DNA from: Candidatus Sungiibacteriota bacterium
GTDB lineage: Bacteria > Patescibacteriota > Minisyncoccia > Sungbacterales > SURF-37
Direction: 5' to 3'
Length of the DNA stretch: 48,278 nucleotides
NCBI GenBank assembly: GCA_016186145.1
Contig: JACPMF010000007.1
Location: 85,302-133,579, forward strand
In this document: positions 1-9,186 of the stretch, one piece after another
Numbering within the stretch: position 1 is the stretch's first letter
Layout of the letters: each line of letters opens with the position of its first letter
Made by a program: the position numbers and the translations under genes
The notes under the pieces: model-generated
Databases searched by the model: none
What the model was told of the DNA's origin: nothing
What the model saw: the letters and a program-made list of their open reading frames with translations, nothing else

Positions 1-297
1 TTTCCGGTCGTGTTCCTTGCCGGAATGGAAGAAGGCATACTCCCGCACGCAAAAGCGACAAAAGAGCCTTCGGCCATTGAAGAAGAACGGCGACTCTGTT
101 ATGTCGGCATCACGAGAGCGCAAAAAAAGCTTTACCTCACGTGGGCATTAAGCCGCACAATCTTTGGAGACCGTATCGCAAATACCCCCTCTCGATTCCT
201 CAAAGAAATTCCCAAAGAATATCTGGAAATGAACGAGGAGATGAATATTTTAGAAGATGAAGAATATGAAGATGAAGACGAAGAACTTATTATATAG
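1..297 (+). CDS. UvrD/PcrA-family SF1 DNA helicase, C-terminal end only (5' part lies left of the window)
   Basis: Frame 1 is open from nt 1. VVFLAGMEEGILPH...EEERRLCYVGITRAQKKLYLTWA...PSRFLKEIP matches the conserved C-terminal helicase motifs of UvrD/Rep/PcrA. Acidic tail. Confidence 0.8.
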   Translation, partial: FPVVFLAGMEEGILPHAKATKEPSAIEEERRLCYVGITRAQKKLYLTWALSRTIFGDRIANTPSRFLKEIPKEYLEMNEEMNILEDEEYEDEDEELII

Positions 298-326
298 AAC
301 TAGGAACTAGAAACCGGTTCCCAAAC

Positions 327-1157
327 ATGCGCAATCTTCTCGGCCAGCATTTTCTCAAAACGCGCGCTCCTATTGAACTTATGTTGAAGTCCGCCAAGGA
401 AGAACCGGCGGTAGATTTGATATTAGAAGTAGGCCCGGGCCAGGGCGCGCTAACCCAAGAACTTGCCAAAACCTTTCCCGCTGTCATTGCTGTTGAAAAA
501 GACCGTCAGCTCGCAGAATGGCTGAAAAGAAATTTAGAAGTTGAGAAATTTTCCGCCACGGGCGGATCCCCGCCTGCTGGCCGGCATGGCGCCCCTGGCG
601 GAAGAAATTGTGAAATTATTACCGCTGATATTTTGAAAATTGATTGGCCGAAGCTCGTTTCTGGAAAATCTTACGCTCTCATCGCAAACATACCCTACTA
701 CTTAACATCCCGTCTTATCCGCGTTTTCCTCGAAGCCGACCGCCAACCGTCATATATGGTTTTAATGGTACAAAAAGAAGTTGCGGAAAGAATCGTCGCA
801 GAACCCCCGCAGATGACTCTTCTTTCACTTTCCATCCAAGCGTACGGAAAACCAAAATTGATCGCCCGCGTATCCAAAAAGGAGTTCTTGCCCCAACCGG
901 AAGTTGACTCGGCGATCATAAAAATTTCGGGCATCTCAAAAGATTTCTTCACAAAAAATAAAATTTCGGAAAAAGAATTTTTCATCCTCGCAAAGACGGC
1001 GTTTTCGCAAAAGAGAAAACAGATAATAAACAGCTTGGAAAAATTTTACGGCAGTAAAAATTTAGCAGCGGCACAAATAAAAAAAGCCGCCCTCTCGCCC
1101 ACCTCACGCCCACAAGAGCTTGCGCTCACACACTGGCTAAAACTTCTTAAAACATAA
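327..1157 (+). CDS. rsmA: 16S rRNA (adenine1518/1519-N6)-dimethyltransferase RsmA/KsgA
   Basis: LGQHFL start, SAM-binding EVGPGQGALT and the NIPYY motif, at typical length. Carries an atypical GC-rich in-frame insert at about 553-603. Confidence 0.9.
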   Translation: MRNLLGQHFLKTRAPIELMLKSAKEEPAVDLILEVGPGQGALTQELAKTFPAVIAVEKDRQLAEWLKRNLEVEKFSATGGSPPAGRHGAPGGRNCEIITADILKIDWPKLVSGKSYALIANIPYYLTSRLIRVFLEADRQPSYMVLMVQKEVAERIVAEPPQMTLLSLSIQAYGKPKLIARVSKKEFLPQPEVDSAIIKISGISKDFFTKNKISEKEFFILAKTAFSQKRKQIINSLEKFYGSKNLAAAQIKKAALSPTSRPQELALTHWLKLLKT

Positions 1158-1161
1158 GTGT

Positions 1162-1193
1162 GTCAAAAAATATGCTATAGCATATTTTTTGAC
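1162..1193. terminator. Perfect 16-bp palindromic hairpin between convergent genes (bidirectional terminator candidate)
   Basis: GTCAAAAAATATGCTA/TAGCATATTTTTTGAC lies right after the rsmA stop and right after the stop of the minus-strand gene. A/T runs on both sides. Confidence 0.7.
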
Positions 1194-1218
1194 AAAAAGA
1201 CCTTGGGGCGGCCGCGAG

Positions 1219-2298
1219 CTAGCCGCAACCGCAGATTCCGGTGGTTTGATCAAAAATCGCATTTTGGTACCCTTCGCATACGCTGTTAAGACACCCTACC
1301 TGTACATTGCACGCCGCGCCGTACGGACCGCAGTCTTCCACGAAAGCGCAGCCGGTTGTACAAAAGAAGCCGCAATTACAACATATTGTAGCCAAGTTTG
1401 ATCCCGGCGTCTGATCCGCGGGATTGTCGTCTTTGTAACAGTCCCCTTTTGTAACCCAAGCGGCATATGCCGGTTTTGACCGCATAAAGACGTAGGCAAA
1501 GCCGTCCAAGATGTCCTGCAAAATCGCGGGCTTCGATTTGTTTACAAACCGCTGGCCGCCGGGAAGGACTACCGACGCCTTTCTTCCTGAACGAATGTTG
1601 CCTTTTTCTCCGTCAACCAGTTCCGGCAAAACCTCGTCTATTCCGCGTATAAAATTATTATAATCCTCCGCGGTAATCCAGCCCTTAAAAAGGGCATAGG
1701 CGTCAAGAGCTTTTACAAAGTTGTAAATATCGGCATCGGAGGCAAAGGCAACATGCTGGCTCGAACTTATGAAGCCGTCGTTAACCATCAAACCTCTCAT
1801 ATCAAAAAGATAGTCACGGTAGTGCTTGGGCCAAATTATTTCAAAAATCTCTTTCTCCGACAGCTGTTGATACTGAAAAACGGCCGGTGGCGATGAAAAA
1901 ACCGGTTGATCTGTTGACGTTTTTTCAGAAGCTGCTTCTTTTTTTCCAGTAAATACTCCTGGAACCAAAGAAGAAACTGGCTTAAGAATCTCAACCGCAA
2001 GCGGCGGCAACTGAAAAGTTGATCCAAAAAACTCTATTTTTGCTTCCCTTTCGATCTCCGAACCTCTTGCAGAGATTGTTGCCTCTTGCCGGACTTTTTT
2101 TAAAGCTTGCTCTCCGGTTGGCTCGAGAGCTACCGGCGGGACCCCTCCGGAAACTAACGGGCGGGGAGCCACAGGCGGCTTTTCCGGCGTAAAAACAAAT
2201 AAAAGCCCCGCAGTTGCTATAACAGCCGCGGAAATGGCTGAAACTATAATAACTGCCTGTCGGTTCATACTTAACATCTTAACACCAAAGCGAGCCAT
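1219..2298 (-). CDS. Membrane-anchored hypothetical protein with a very Cys-rich C-terminal ~75 aa
   Basis: 359-aa ORF with an N-terminal TM segment (AVIIVSAISAAVIATAGLLFVF). The C-terminus is ...CYKDD...ICCNCGFFCTTGCAFVEDCGPYGAACNVQVGCLNSVCEGY...GICGCG. The exact start (M1/M8/M11) is uncertain. Confidence 0.6.
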   Translation of the reverse strand: MARFGVKMLSMNRQAVIIVSAISAAVIATAGLLFVFTPEKPPVAPRPLVSGGVPPVALEPTGEQALKKVRQEATISARGSEIEREAKIEFFGSTFQLPPLAVEILKPVSSLVPGVFTGKKEAASEKTSTDQPVFSSPPAVFQYQQLSEKEIFEIIWPKHYRDYLFDMRGLMVNDGFISSSQHVAFASDADIYNFVKALDAYALFKGWITAEDYNNFIRGIDEVLPELVDGEKGNIRSGRKASVVLPGGQRFVNKSKPAILQDILDGFAYVFMRSKPAYAAWVTKGDCYKDDNPADQTPGSNLATICCNCGFFCTTGCAFVEDCGPYGAACNVQVGCLNSVCEGYQNAIFDQTTGICGCG

Positions 2299-2347
2299 CC
2301 TAAAATTTTCATTGGCGGGGCCGGCTAACAGCTATCCCCAAAGCGAA

Positions 2348-2654
2348 CCGCCGCGAGAATTTTCCATTACGGAGATTTTGGTCGCAAATGGTGAAAGCGG
2401 CGAAAAGGGAAACCCGAGCCGCAGCGTAAGGGCGAAAAGCGTTTAAATAGCTTTTCGCGGGCATTGCGAGGAAGCGAGCGAAGCGAGCTCCCGCAGCAGG
2501 ATGCCCGGGAACGGGTTCCCCTCGACGACGCGTGTCCAGGGTGTAGAACTGCGCGTGCCGCTTCGCGGCATGCTCGTTACACCCGTGCGGAAGCTATTCA
2601 AACGCTTCCGCACCCATTTGTCAAAATCGCAGTTCTGGAAAATTCTCGCGGCGG
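2348..2654. other. ~300-nt GC-rich structured intergenic element closed by a perfect 19-bp helix; contains two inverted copies of structured module 2
   Basis: CCGCCGCGAGAATTTTCCA (2348-2366) is the exact reverse complement of 2636-2654. Inside are many hairpins, and module-2 copies at 2430-2510 (+) and 2535-2603 (-). Confidence 0.45.
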
Positions 2655-2724
2655 TGAGCGACGTTATCCACAGAAAAACTACACTTTCTACGCATTTTTT
2701 CCACAGGGGAGTATAATTAAATCA

Positions 2725-3723
2725 ATGAGAAATAACGAGCATTTACGGAAAACTCTTGGAAAACACCGGAGGTGGTTTTTGGTTTTCGGCGGGGTATTGA
2801 CTTTAGCGGTTACCGCCATTTTCTTCTTTGTACCCTTCTCACCCAAAGAAAATAAACGTTATTCAGGCCCGCCCAAAACAAAAGAAGAGGTAATTGAGCT
2901 ATTAAACCGCGATACTGACAACGACGGCCTGAAAGATTGGGAAGAGAAAATATACGGAACTGACCCGGAAAATGCCGATACTGACGGCGACGGAACTCCC
3001 GACGGCGAAGAAATAAAACTTTCAAGAAACCCGCTCCGCCCCGGGCCGGGAGACGAACTCTCTATCCCGCTCCCCCCGCCAACAAACGGCAACAAGACAG
3101 AGGCTTTGGCAAACGAATTCATCGGCCGCTCGCTCACCCAAATCCTTGCCGAGAGCGTAACAGGAGGAGAATTACCAACCGATCTCTCGGGCGTGCCCGC
3201 CCTTAACACCTATACGCAAAAACTCGGCGAGGAGCGCCCCCTCGACAAAGTCATACCGCCGGAAACGCGAGAGCTTGCCCTGTCGGACGACAACTCGCCG
3301 GAGACGGTTAAAAAGTACTTCAACCGCATCGCGGATATTTACGATAAAAATTTCTCGCCAATTGATAGCGACATAAATATCCTGTATCTTGCCGCGGCGG
3401 GCAACAACCCGAAGGCTTTCAGGCGGCTTGACGCCAATGTAAAAGCGCTTGAAAACGCCATAGCAGAAATAAAAAAAACAACAGTGCCCTCAAAGTGGAC
3501 CAAATTCGCCAAAGACGATATCTGGTACTTGTCTAAAACACTTGCTGCCGTGAAAATTCTTAAAAATAGCGAGAATGACCCTGTTTCATCACTTCTTATC
3601 TTGCGAGACCGTATTCAACTAGTGGAAGACATGAAAAATTTATATCTTGACACCAAAAAAAACTTAGCTGCCGCCGGAATCGCCTTTGAAAAAGACGAGT
3701 TGGCGTCTTGGCTTTTGCAATAA
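2725..3723 (+). CDS. Membrane-anchored protein with thrombospondin-type-3-like Ca-binding repeats
   Basis: ATG at 2725 is in frame with the longer track ORF and follows a TATAAT at 2712-2717. TM segment WFLVFGGVLTLAVTAIFFFV. Asp-rich repeats DTDNDGLKDWEE...DTDGDGTPDGEE. Confidence 0.65.
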   Translation: MRNNEHLRKTLGKHRRWFLVFGGVLTLAVTAIFFFVPFSPKENKRYSGPPKTKEEVIELLNRDTDNDGLKDWEEKIYGTDPENADTDGDGTPDGEEIKLSRNPLRPGPGDELSIPLPPPTNGNKTEALANEFIGRSLTQILAESVTGGELPTDLSGVPALNTYTQKLGEERPLDKVIPPETRELALSDDNSPETVKKYFNRIADIYDKNFSPIDSDINILYLAAAGNNPKAFRRLDANVKALENAIAEIKKTTVPSKWTKFAKDDIWYLSKTLAAVKILKNSENDPVSSLLILRDRIQLVEDMKNLYLDTKKNLAAAGIAFEKDELASWLLQ

Positions 3724-3732
3724 TAAAACAAA

Positions 3733-5457
3733 ATGAGCACTGCCGCCGTTTATAAAGAATACATTGCTCTATTGGTGCTTGCCATATTCGCCTGCGGTCT
3801 TATCATTGCCCCGTTATCAGTTAAGGCGACGGTGCCGACCGCGGAAGTCGTTAATGTACCAATCCTGATAGGCAAGGCGGTTCTTCAACTTGCCGAGCTG
3901 GTATTTCAATCGGCGCAAGAATACGCCCTGGTTCTAAAAGAGTATGTTCTGGATCCGGCGGCAAAGCTTCTTGTTTCATTCATGATCCAAACCCTGACCC
4001 GGGCAGTCATCGGCTGGATCCAAAGCGGTGGAAACACAAATTTCATCTCGAATCTGCAAGCGGCAACAGCAAGGGTTGCGGATGAAGCCGCGGGTGAATT
4101 CCTTAATCAGCTTGCCGGCACAAACCTCTGCCAGCCATTCTCGTTCGACATCAAACTCATCTTCCAGATACCAACCCTGCGGGATAAGCTCACCTGCACC
4201 GCAACGGACATTTTTAGAAATCTGGAAACTTCGTATGAGAACTTCCTCAATAATTTTACCAACGGGGGGTGGATTGCATTCCAAACCGCAATGCTCCCCC
4301 AAAATAACTACATCGATGTTCTTATCAATACGTACGATGAAAAACTTCGCCGTGAATCACGGCAGGTTGCTATACTTGAAAGTCAATACCAAGCGGGGCA
4401 AGGATTTGTTGGTGTCAGAATAAAAAAAGAGCTTTGCGAAGACATCATTGACGACGACGGGGAACCCGCAGCAAGTTGCACTACGCAATACATAAATACA
4501 ACACCGGGAACTCTTGTTTCTGACCAGCTCAAAAAAACTTTCAGTTCCGGCTGGGACCAGGCGGTTGACGCCGACGAAATCGGGGAGGCAATTGATGCAA
4601 TTATTGTAGCACTCGTACAGCAGCTCATCTCTTCGGCACAAGCCGGTCTTGCATCCGGCGACGAAGAAAGCGGAATTTACGATCCCGGCTTTGGAACATC
4701 GGCGCCGCTGCCGCGGCCCTTACCGAACCTCTTTATACCAACAGGACCGGTGCCGACCGCTACAACCACCATCCTTGCCGGAGATACTGTCAGATTCCGC
4801 GGCACGATCCAAAATAACGGTGGGAGAACCGATGAGCTTTTCAACGCGCGTTTTGAAATCGATGTTAACGCCGACGCCTCCGTTGACGCGATCCTTTCCC
4901 CTGATACGCCGGTTGACGGCCTGCTCGACAACGGCTCCATTGACATAACTTCAGGACCATGGATAGCAACGGAAGGCGTCCACCGCATCATACTTTGCGC
5001 CGACCAGCCGATTTCGGTTGTTGCCGAATCCCTCGAAACCGACAACTGCAACGGCGGAAGCTCGGGAACCTTCGCCGTCGGCTCACGACCCGACCTCTTC
5101 ATCTCTCAAAACCCATCAATGTTTTCCGGCGTACCGGTATCCGGATCGAAAATCACATTCGGCGGCATCGTCGGAAACCAAGGTGGGAATACGGCAACTT
5201 CCACATTTGAAAATACATTCCAGATTGACTTCGACAACAATGGCAGTATAGACGTTCAACTCACCCCAAGCCCAACCATTGCAAACCTCACGCCCGGCAC
5301 AACTCAACAGGTACTTTCTAACCAGTGGACCGCCGTCGCCGGCACGCACCGCGTGATTCTCTGCGCGGATACTCCATTCGACACGATCAGAGAAACCAAC
5401 GAAGCGAACAACTGCAATCCCACAGGAACGGGAATATTTACGATAACGACCTTTTAG
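3733..5457 (+). CDS. Secreted/anchored protein with two C-terminal CARDB-like repeats
   Basis: N-terminal hydrophobic signal/anchor. Two ~110-aa repeats each end ...W(I/T)A..G.HR(I/V)ILCAD.P......E.NNCN. Confidence 0.6.
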   Translation: MSTAAVYKEYIALLVLAIFACGLIIAPLSVKATVPTAEVVNVPILIGKAVLQLAELVFQSAQEYALVLKEYVLDPAAKLLVSFMIQTLTRAVIGWIQSGGNTNFISNLQAATARVADEAAGEFLNQLAGTNLCQPFSFDIKLIFQIPTLRDKLTCTATDIFRNLETSYENFLNNFTNGGWIAFQTAMLPQNNYIDVLINTYDEKLRRESRQVAILESQYQAGQGFVGVRIKKELCEDIIDDDGEPAASCTTQYINTTPGTLVSDQLKKTFSSGWDQAVDADEIGEAIDAIIVALVQQLISSAQAGLASGDEESGIYDPGFGTSAPLPRPLPNLFIPTGPVPTATTTILAGDTVRFRGTIQNNGGRTDELFNARFEIDVNADASVDAILSPDTPVDGLLDNGSIDITSGPWIATEGVHRIILCADQPISVVAESLETDNCNGGSSGTFAVGSRPDLFISQNPSMFSGVPVSGSKITFGGIVGNQGGNTATSTFENTFQIDFDNNGSIDVQLTPSPTIANLTPGTTQQVLSNQWTAVAGTHRVILCADTPFDTIRETNEANNCNPTGTGIFTITTF

Positions 5458-5545
5458 GTTTGAATCATGAGTCGGGAATAAAAGATCGCCTTTCAGGTTC
5501 GTAATTCTTAACTCGACTATTATCCGGGGCTTGGAACCTGGTTTA

Positions 5546-8500
5546 ATGAAAAACATTTTAAAAAACTTGATTTGCGGGCTTCTCCTTTTCGGTTTCCTTT
5601 TACCGCTGTTTTCGGCAACGCTTATTTTGCCGCACGAAGCTTACGCAGCAGATGTTGGCGTATCAAGTACGGGGGCGGCATCTATCAAGAATGCATTTGA
5701 GAACGCAAGGGGGTGTAGCGGTTGGAACCCACTGAACTGGATAAATTTAGACTGCATTATTCTTAATGTTATTTGGGCCGTAGATAACTTTTTATTAGGA
5801 TGGCTTCTTGACCTCGCATCGGAGCTTTTTAATTGGTCGGTCGAAAAAAACCTAACCGATATTACCGACAACGCATTCGTTACCACCGGCTGGGGAATCG
5901 TCCGCGATATCACCAACCTGTTTTTTATCTTTATCCTTCTTTGGATTGCCCTTGCCACGATTTTTAACATCCCGCGATACGGCGCGAAAGACCTTTTGGC
6001 GACGCTTATTATCTCAGCGCTCTTAATTAACTTCAGCCTGGCCATAGGTGGATTCTTTATTAAATTCTCAAACGCCCTGGCCCTGACTTTTCATGATGCG
6101 ATACGCGCACGCGGGAGTGTTACTTTGCAATTGTTGGACTTCACAAATATTCAAAAATTCACCCTTGGCACCCCCCCAGCTCCGGCAGGAACACCGTCAG
6201 CACAACAAACTCCTACAACACCGCCAACGCCGCAAAGAAAAGATGCGCGTTGTAAACAATTTGCAGAGGCAATTATGGCCGCTATAAAAAGGACGGACCA
6301 GAATGCCGCGACATGGGACACACGCTATAACGAGGCATACAAGACATGCGCAAACGACCCGACAACGGATAAAATATTAGAGAACGAGGTGATCGACCTA
6401 AAAGTTAAAGAGGCAATAAACATAGCGCTTTGGCTCATCATCCTCATACCTATTCTTATTTTTGTGTTTCTTGCAGGGGCCGTATTCTTCTTAATTCGCT
6501 ATCTACAACTGGCAATTCTTCTCGTATTTTCGCCGATTGTTTTTCTTTTCTGGATTCTCCCTGACACAAAACATATCTGGAGCGACTGGTGGAACCGGCT
6601 CATCAAGCAGTCCTTCTTTGCCCCGGCTTATCTTTTCCTACTCTTTTTGACAATAACAACTTTTAATCAGTGGAGCGGCAGGACTATTGTTTCTTCGGGC
6701 ACAACCACTGCCGCGGTAACAAGCGTAAGCCCGTTAGCAGAAAACAAGGAACCGCCTCTTTTGAAAAACGCGGCGATCGGCGGACTTGGAACTGGCCTGC
6801 GAACGCAAGAGGCGCTTGCTGAAGTCACATCACCGGCACCGAAGCCAAAATCAAACGACTTTTTTACACTCGGTTTCGAAATGGTGCTTTTTGTAGCACT
6901 CATGATCATGAACCTGATGGTCGCCCAACAGATGGGAATTAAGTTTGCCGGAACCGTAACGGGATGGGGTAGTCGCGCGACGCGCTGGGGCGGAAGAAAA
7001 GTCCGCGGTGCTGCATACCGCCAAGCAATACGAGCCGGAACAGGAGCTGCACGCGGAGTTACAGAAAGCGCTCTTGGCAGGGCAATGGCGCGCACTCCAG
7101 GATTTCGTGCGCTTCTTACACCGGCTGTTGCAATCCAAAAGCAGCGCGAAGCTATTGACGCAGACCGCGCAAAACGCGTTGCCGAACTTGCCCAGGTTTC
7201 TCCGGTTGCCGCCGCCGAACGGCTTCAGGGCGAAAGCATGGCGGTGAAAGCCGCTTATGCCAAATCGGCAAGCCCTGAAGCGATGAGAAAAATTTTAGGA
7301 GGAATGACCACAAAGAACCCTGATGGAAGCAATAACTACGACGCACAAGAAGAATATGTGCGCCAGATGAATGAAAATGCGGATCGCTACCGCATTGAGG
7401 ACCTCGACAAGAAAGTTGGCGAGGCAATGGCAAAAGACCCGCGCGGTCTTACCCTCCGAACTGTAGCGAAAACCGGCGCCAGCACCAGCGACCCAAATTT
7501 CCAACAAAAAGTTAACAGCTACCTTGCCGGTTTGGACGACAGAGAGTTTGCTCAAACGATGACAGCGAAAACTATTGAGGAAAACCCATACGCGCAAAAT
7601 TACATTGTAAGAAACTTCAAAGACGAACGCCGCATTGGCAACGCCGTTTTGGGCACACCGGAAAAAATAACAGCTTTCAAAAAACTGATAAGCAAACTGG
7701 CCGAAGAAGTAGACCACGGCCTTACATTGCCTTTCTTGCCGCCCGATGAACGAAGCAAAAAAGAAATTGAATATGCATCAACCGCCATGGAAAACGCTGG
7801 CAACCACGATGGCGCGACAGCGCTTGCAACTACACCAATTCTAGAAGTGCTGGCCGGCGCCGGCGTTCGTAAATTCACCCGTGAAGATTACCAACCCCCA
7901 ATCGGCGCCTGTTGCTTGCCAACTGGAAACTGCGTTATAACAACCTCTGTTGATTGCAGGACGCAGGGGGGCAGCTTCATGGGCATTGGGGTTCCATGCA
8001 CGCCCGGACTTTGTTCGCCAACAACACCGCCACCACCTCCGCCGCCGCAACCCGGACCACCACCTCCGGGAGGACCTCCACCACCAACTCCACCAGCACC
8101 GCCGCCTAGAACCCCGCCAAGAACTCCACCGCCCCCAACAACACCACCGACAACACCAAGAGGGCCAACACCACCAACCCCGCCAGCACCTCCAAGCGGA
8201 GGAGCGCTTCCGTCAGCAGCAACAGCCGGATTAAGCCGTCGCGGCTTACCACCACTCCCTGCTCCACCAGCGCTACCTCCTCCAACAACACCTCCGCCGG
8301 CCGGGGGAGGGCTTCCATCAATACTGGAGGCCGCAATGAAACGCCGTGGCTTAAGCCCCCTTCCTCAAACATCGCCAACCACACCATCGGCGCCCATAAC
8401 TCCGTCACCCACACCACCAACGCCAACACCTCCCGCGGGGACCGTTATTCCTCCAACCACGCCAACAACAAGAACGCCGCGACAAAAAACAACCGGAGTT

Positions 8501-8941
8501 CCCGCAAAGGCAGACCCGAATGATCTTGCGGCGTTTTCCCGCAATCTTGCCGCCGCGCTAAACGAGCGCGTGGCTAACCAACTCACCCCCCTTGTAGAAA
8601 ACATGGACAGGATCAATGCGGCGGTCGCAACAATTTCACAAGAAATCGGTCAGGGAACGCTAAACTCAGAAAACGCGCGACGAGCCATAAAAACCCTCAC
8701 GCAGGAAATCAAAGACATGCGGCCGCGCGGGGCAGTACAGAACGACAGCAGGGAAACGCTGACAAAAATTATGGCGCGCATCCGAAGAATCGAGGAAACA
8801 AGCAGAAGCATTGCTGAATCTGTCGCCGCATCAGACGAAGATGCTAATAAAGAAACAGCATCGCTGCTTAGGGGCCTTCACGACGCGAGCAGCCAAACCC
8901 GTCTCGCGCTTGCAAGGAAACGCGGTCTTCTTCCGAGTTAG
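5546..8941 (+). CDS. Giant polytopic membrane protein, VirB6/TrbL-like N-terminal half plus Cys motif, long Pro-rich tract and coiled C-terminus
   Basis: ATG at 5546. Multiple TM segments in the first ~460 aa. Position next to VirB3/VirB4-like genes. PPPPPPPQPGPPPPGGPPPPTPP... low-complexity tract around 8020-8470. Confidence 0.6.
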   Translation: MKNILKNLICGLLLFGFLLPLFSATLILPHEAYAADVGVSSTGAASIKNAFENARGCSGWNPLNWINLDCIILNVIWAVDNFLLGWLLDLASELFNWSVEKNLTDITDNAFVTTGWGIVRDITNLFFIFILLWIALATIFNIPRYGAKDLLATLIISALLINFSLAIGGFFIKFSNALALTFHDAIRARGSVTLQLLDFTNIQKFTLGTPPAPAGTPSAQQTPTTPPTPQRKDARCKQFAEAIMAAIKRTDQNAATWDTRYNEAYKTCANDPTTDKILENEVIDLKVKEAINIALWLIILIPILIFVFLAGAVFFLIRYLQLAILLVFSPIVFLFWILPDTKHIWSDWWNRLIKQSFFAPAYLFLLFLTITTFNQWSGRTIVSSGTTTAAVTSVSPLAENKEPPLLKNAAIGGLGTGLRTQEALAEVTSPAPKPKSNDFFTLGFEMVLFVALMIMNLMVAQQMGIKFAGTVTGWGSRATRWGGRKVRGAAYRQAIRAGTGAARGVTESALGRAMARTPGFRALLTPAVAIQKQREAIDADRAKRVAELAQVSPVAAAERLQGESMAVKAAYAKSASPEAMRKILGGMTTKNPDGSNNYDAQEEYVRQMNENADRYRIEDLDKKVGEAMAKDPRGLTLRTVAKTGASTSDPNFQQKVNSYLAGLDDREFAQTMTAKTIEENPYAQNYIVRNFKDERRIGNAVLGTPEKITAFKKLISKLAEEVDHGLTLPFLPPDERSKKEIEYASTAMENAGNHDGATALATTPILEVLAGAGVRKFTREDYQPPIGACCLPTGNCVITTSVDCRTQGGSFMGIGVPCTPGLCSPTTPPPPPPPQPGPPPPGGPPPPTPPAPPPRTPPRTPPPPTTPPTTPRGPTPPTPPAPPSGGALPSAATAGLSRRGLPPLPAPPALPPPTTPPPAGGGLPSILEAAMKRRGLSPLPQTSPTTPSAPITPSPTPPTPTPPAGTVIPPTTPTTRTPRQKTTGVPAKADPNDLAAFSRNLAAALNERVANQLTPLVENMDRINAAVATISQEIGQGTLNSENARRAIKTLTQEIKDMRPRGAVQNDSRETLTKIMARIRRIEETSRSIAESVAASDEDANKETASLLRGLHDASSQTRLALARKRGLLPS

Positions 8942-8969
8942 TAAAAACAATTCGCGTTGTTATTACATT

Positions 8970-8995
8970 AAAAACCAAGCTAAAGCTTGGTTTTT
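8970..8995 (+). terminator. Rho-independent terminator candidate
   Basis: AAAAACCAAGC-TAAA-GCTTGGTTTTT lies 29 nt after the stop of the 5546-8941 gene. Confidence 0.7.
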
Positions 8996-9007
8996 AAGTT
9001 CCGTAAT

Positions 9008-9036
9008 TTGACACAATCTATAATAAGATGTATAAT
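9008..9036 (+). promoter_or_regulatory. Consensus sigma-70-type promoter
   Basis: TTGACA (9008-9013), 17 nt, TATAAT (9031-9036). Confidence 0.6.
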
Positions 9037-9186
9037 TTATAGCAACGACGACTGTAATGAGGAGTTCTTAAAAAATATTTTAGGCACCCGCTTGCCTATG
9101 CGTTGAACGTCGAAACAACAACCGGGCGCCCCCGATGCACAGGCACCGGGTGTTCAAAATCTAAAAAAACAAAGCTGGAGGAGAAA

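Noticed and set aside
2520-2556. Resemblance of GACGCGTGTCCAGGGTGTAGAACTG to part of E. coli 4.5S/SRP RNA
   Set aside because: The universally conserved helix-8 features (GNAR tetraloop with flanking symmetric/asymmetric loops, GGAA...AGCA) are not present. The segment also belongs to module 2, which is repeated four times. This is coincidental similarity.
2464-2724. N-terminal extensions in the ORF track (2464, 5531, 9103, 11413, 12168, 14185, 25423 minus, 28255, 30631, 36661, 37280, 44494, 19846)
   Set aside because: The extensions run through structured repeats, promoters or neighbouring genes. Internal ATGs with better context give products that start where the protein families normally start.
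8020-8470. Pro-rich CCN tract as a non-coding tandem repeat/VNTR
   Set aside because: It lies in frame inside a 1131-aa ORF with structured domains on both sides. The repeats are degenerate at the DNA level.
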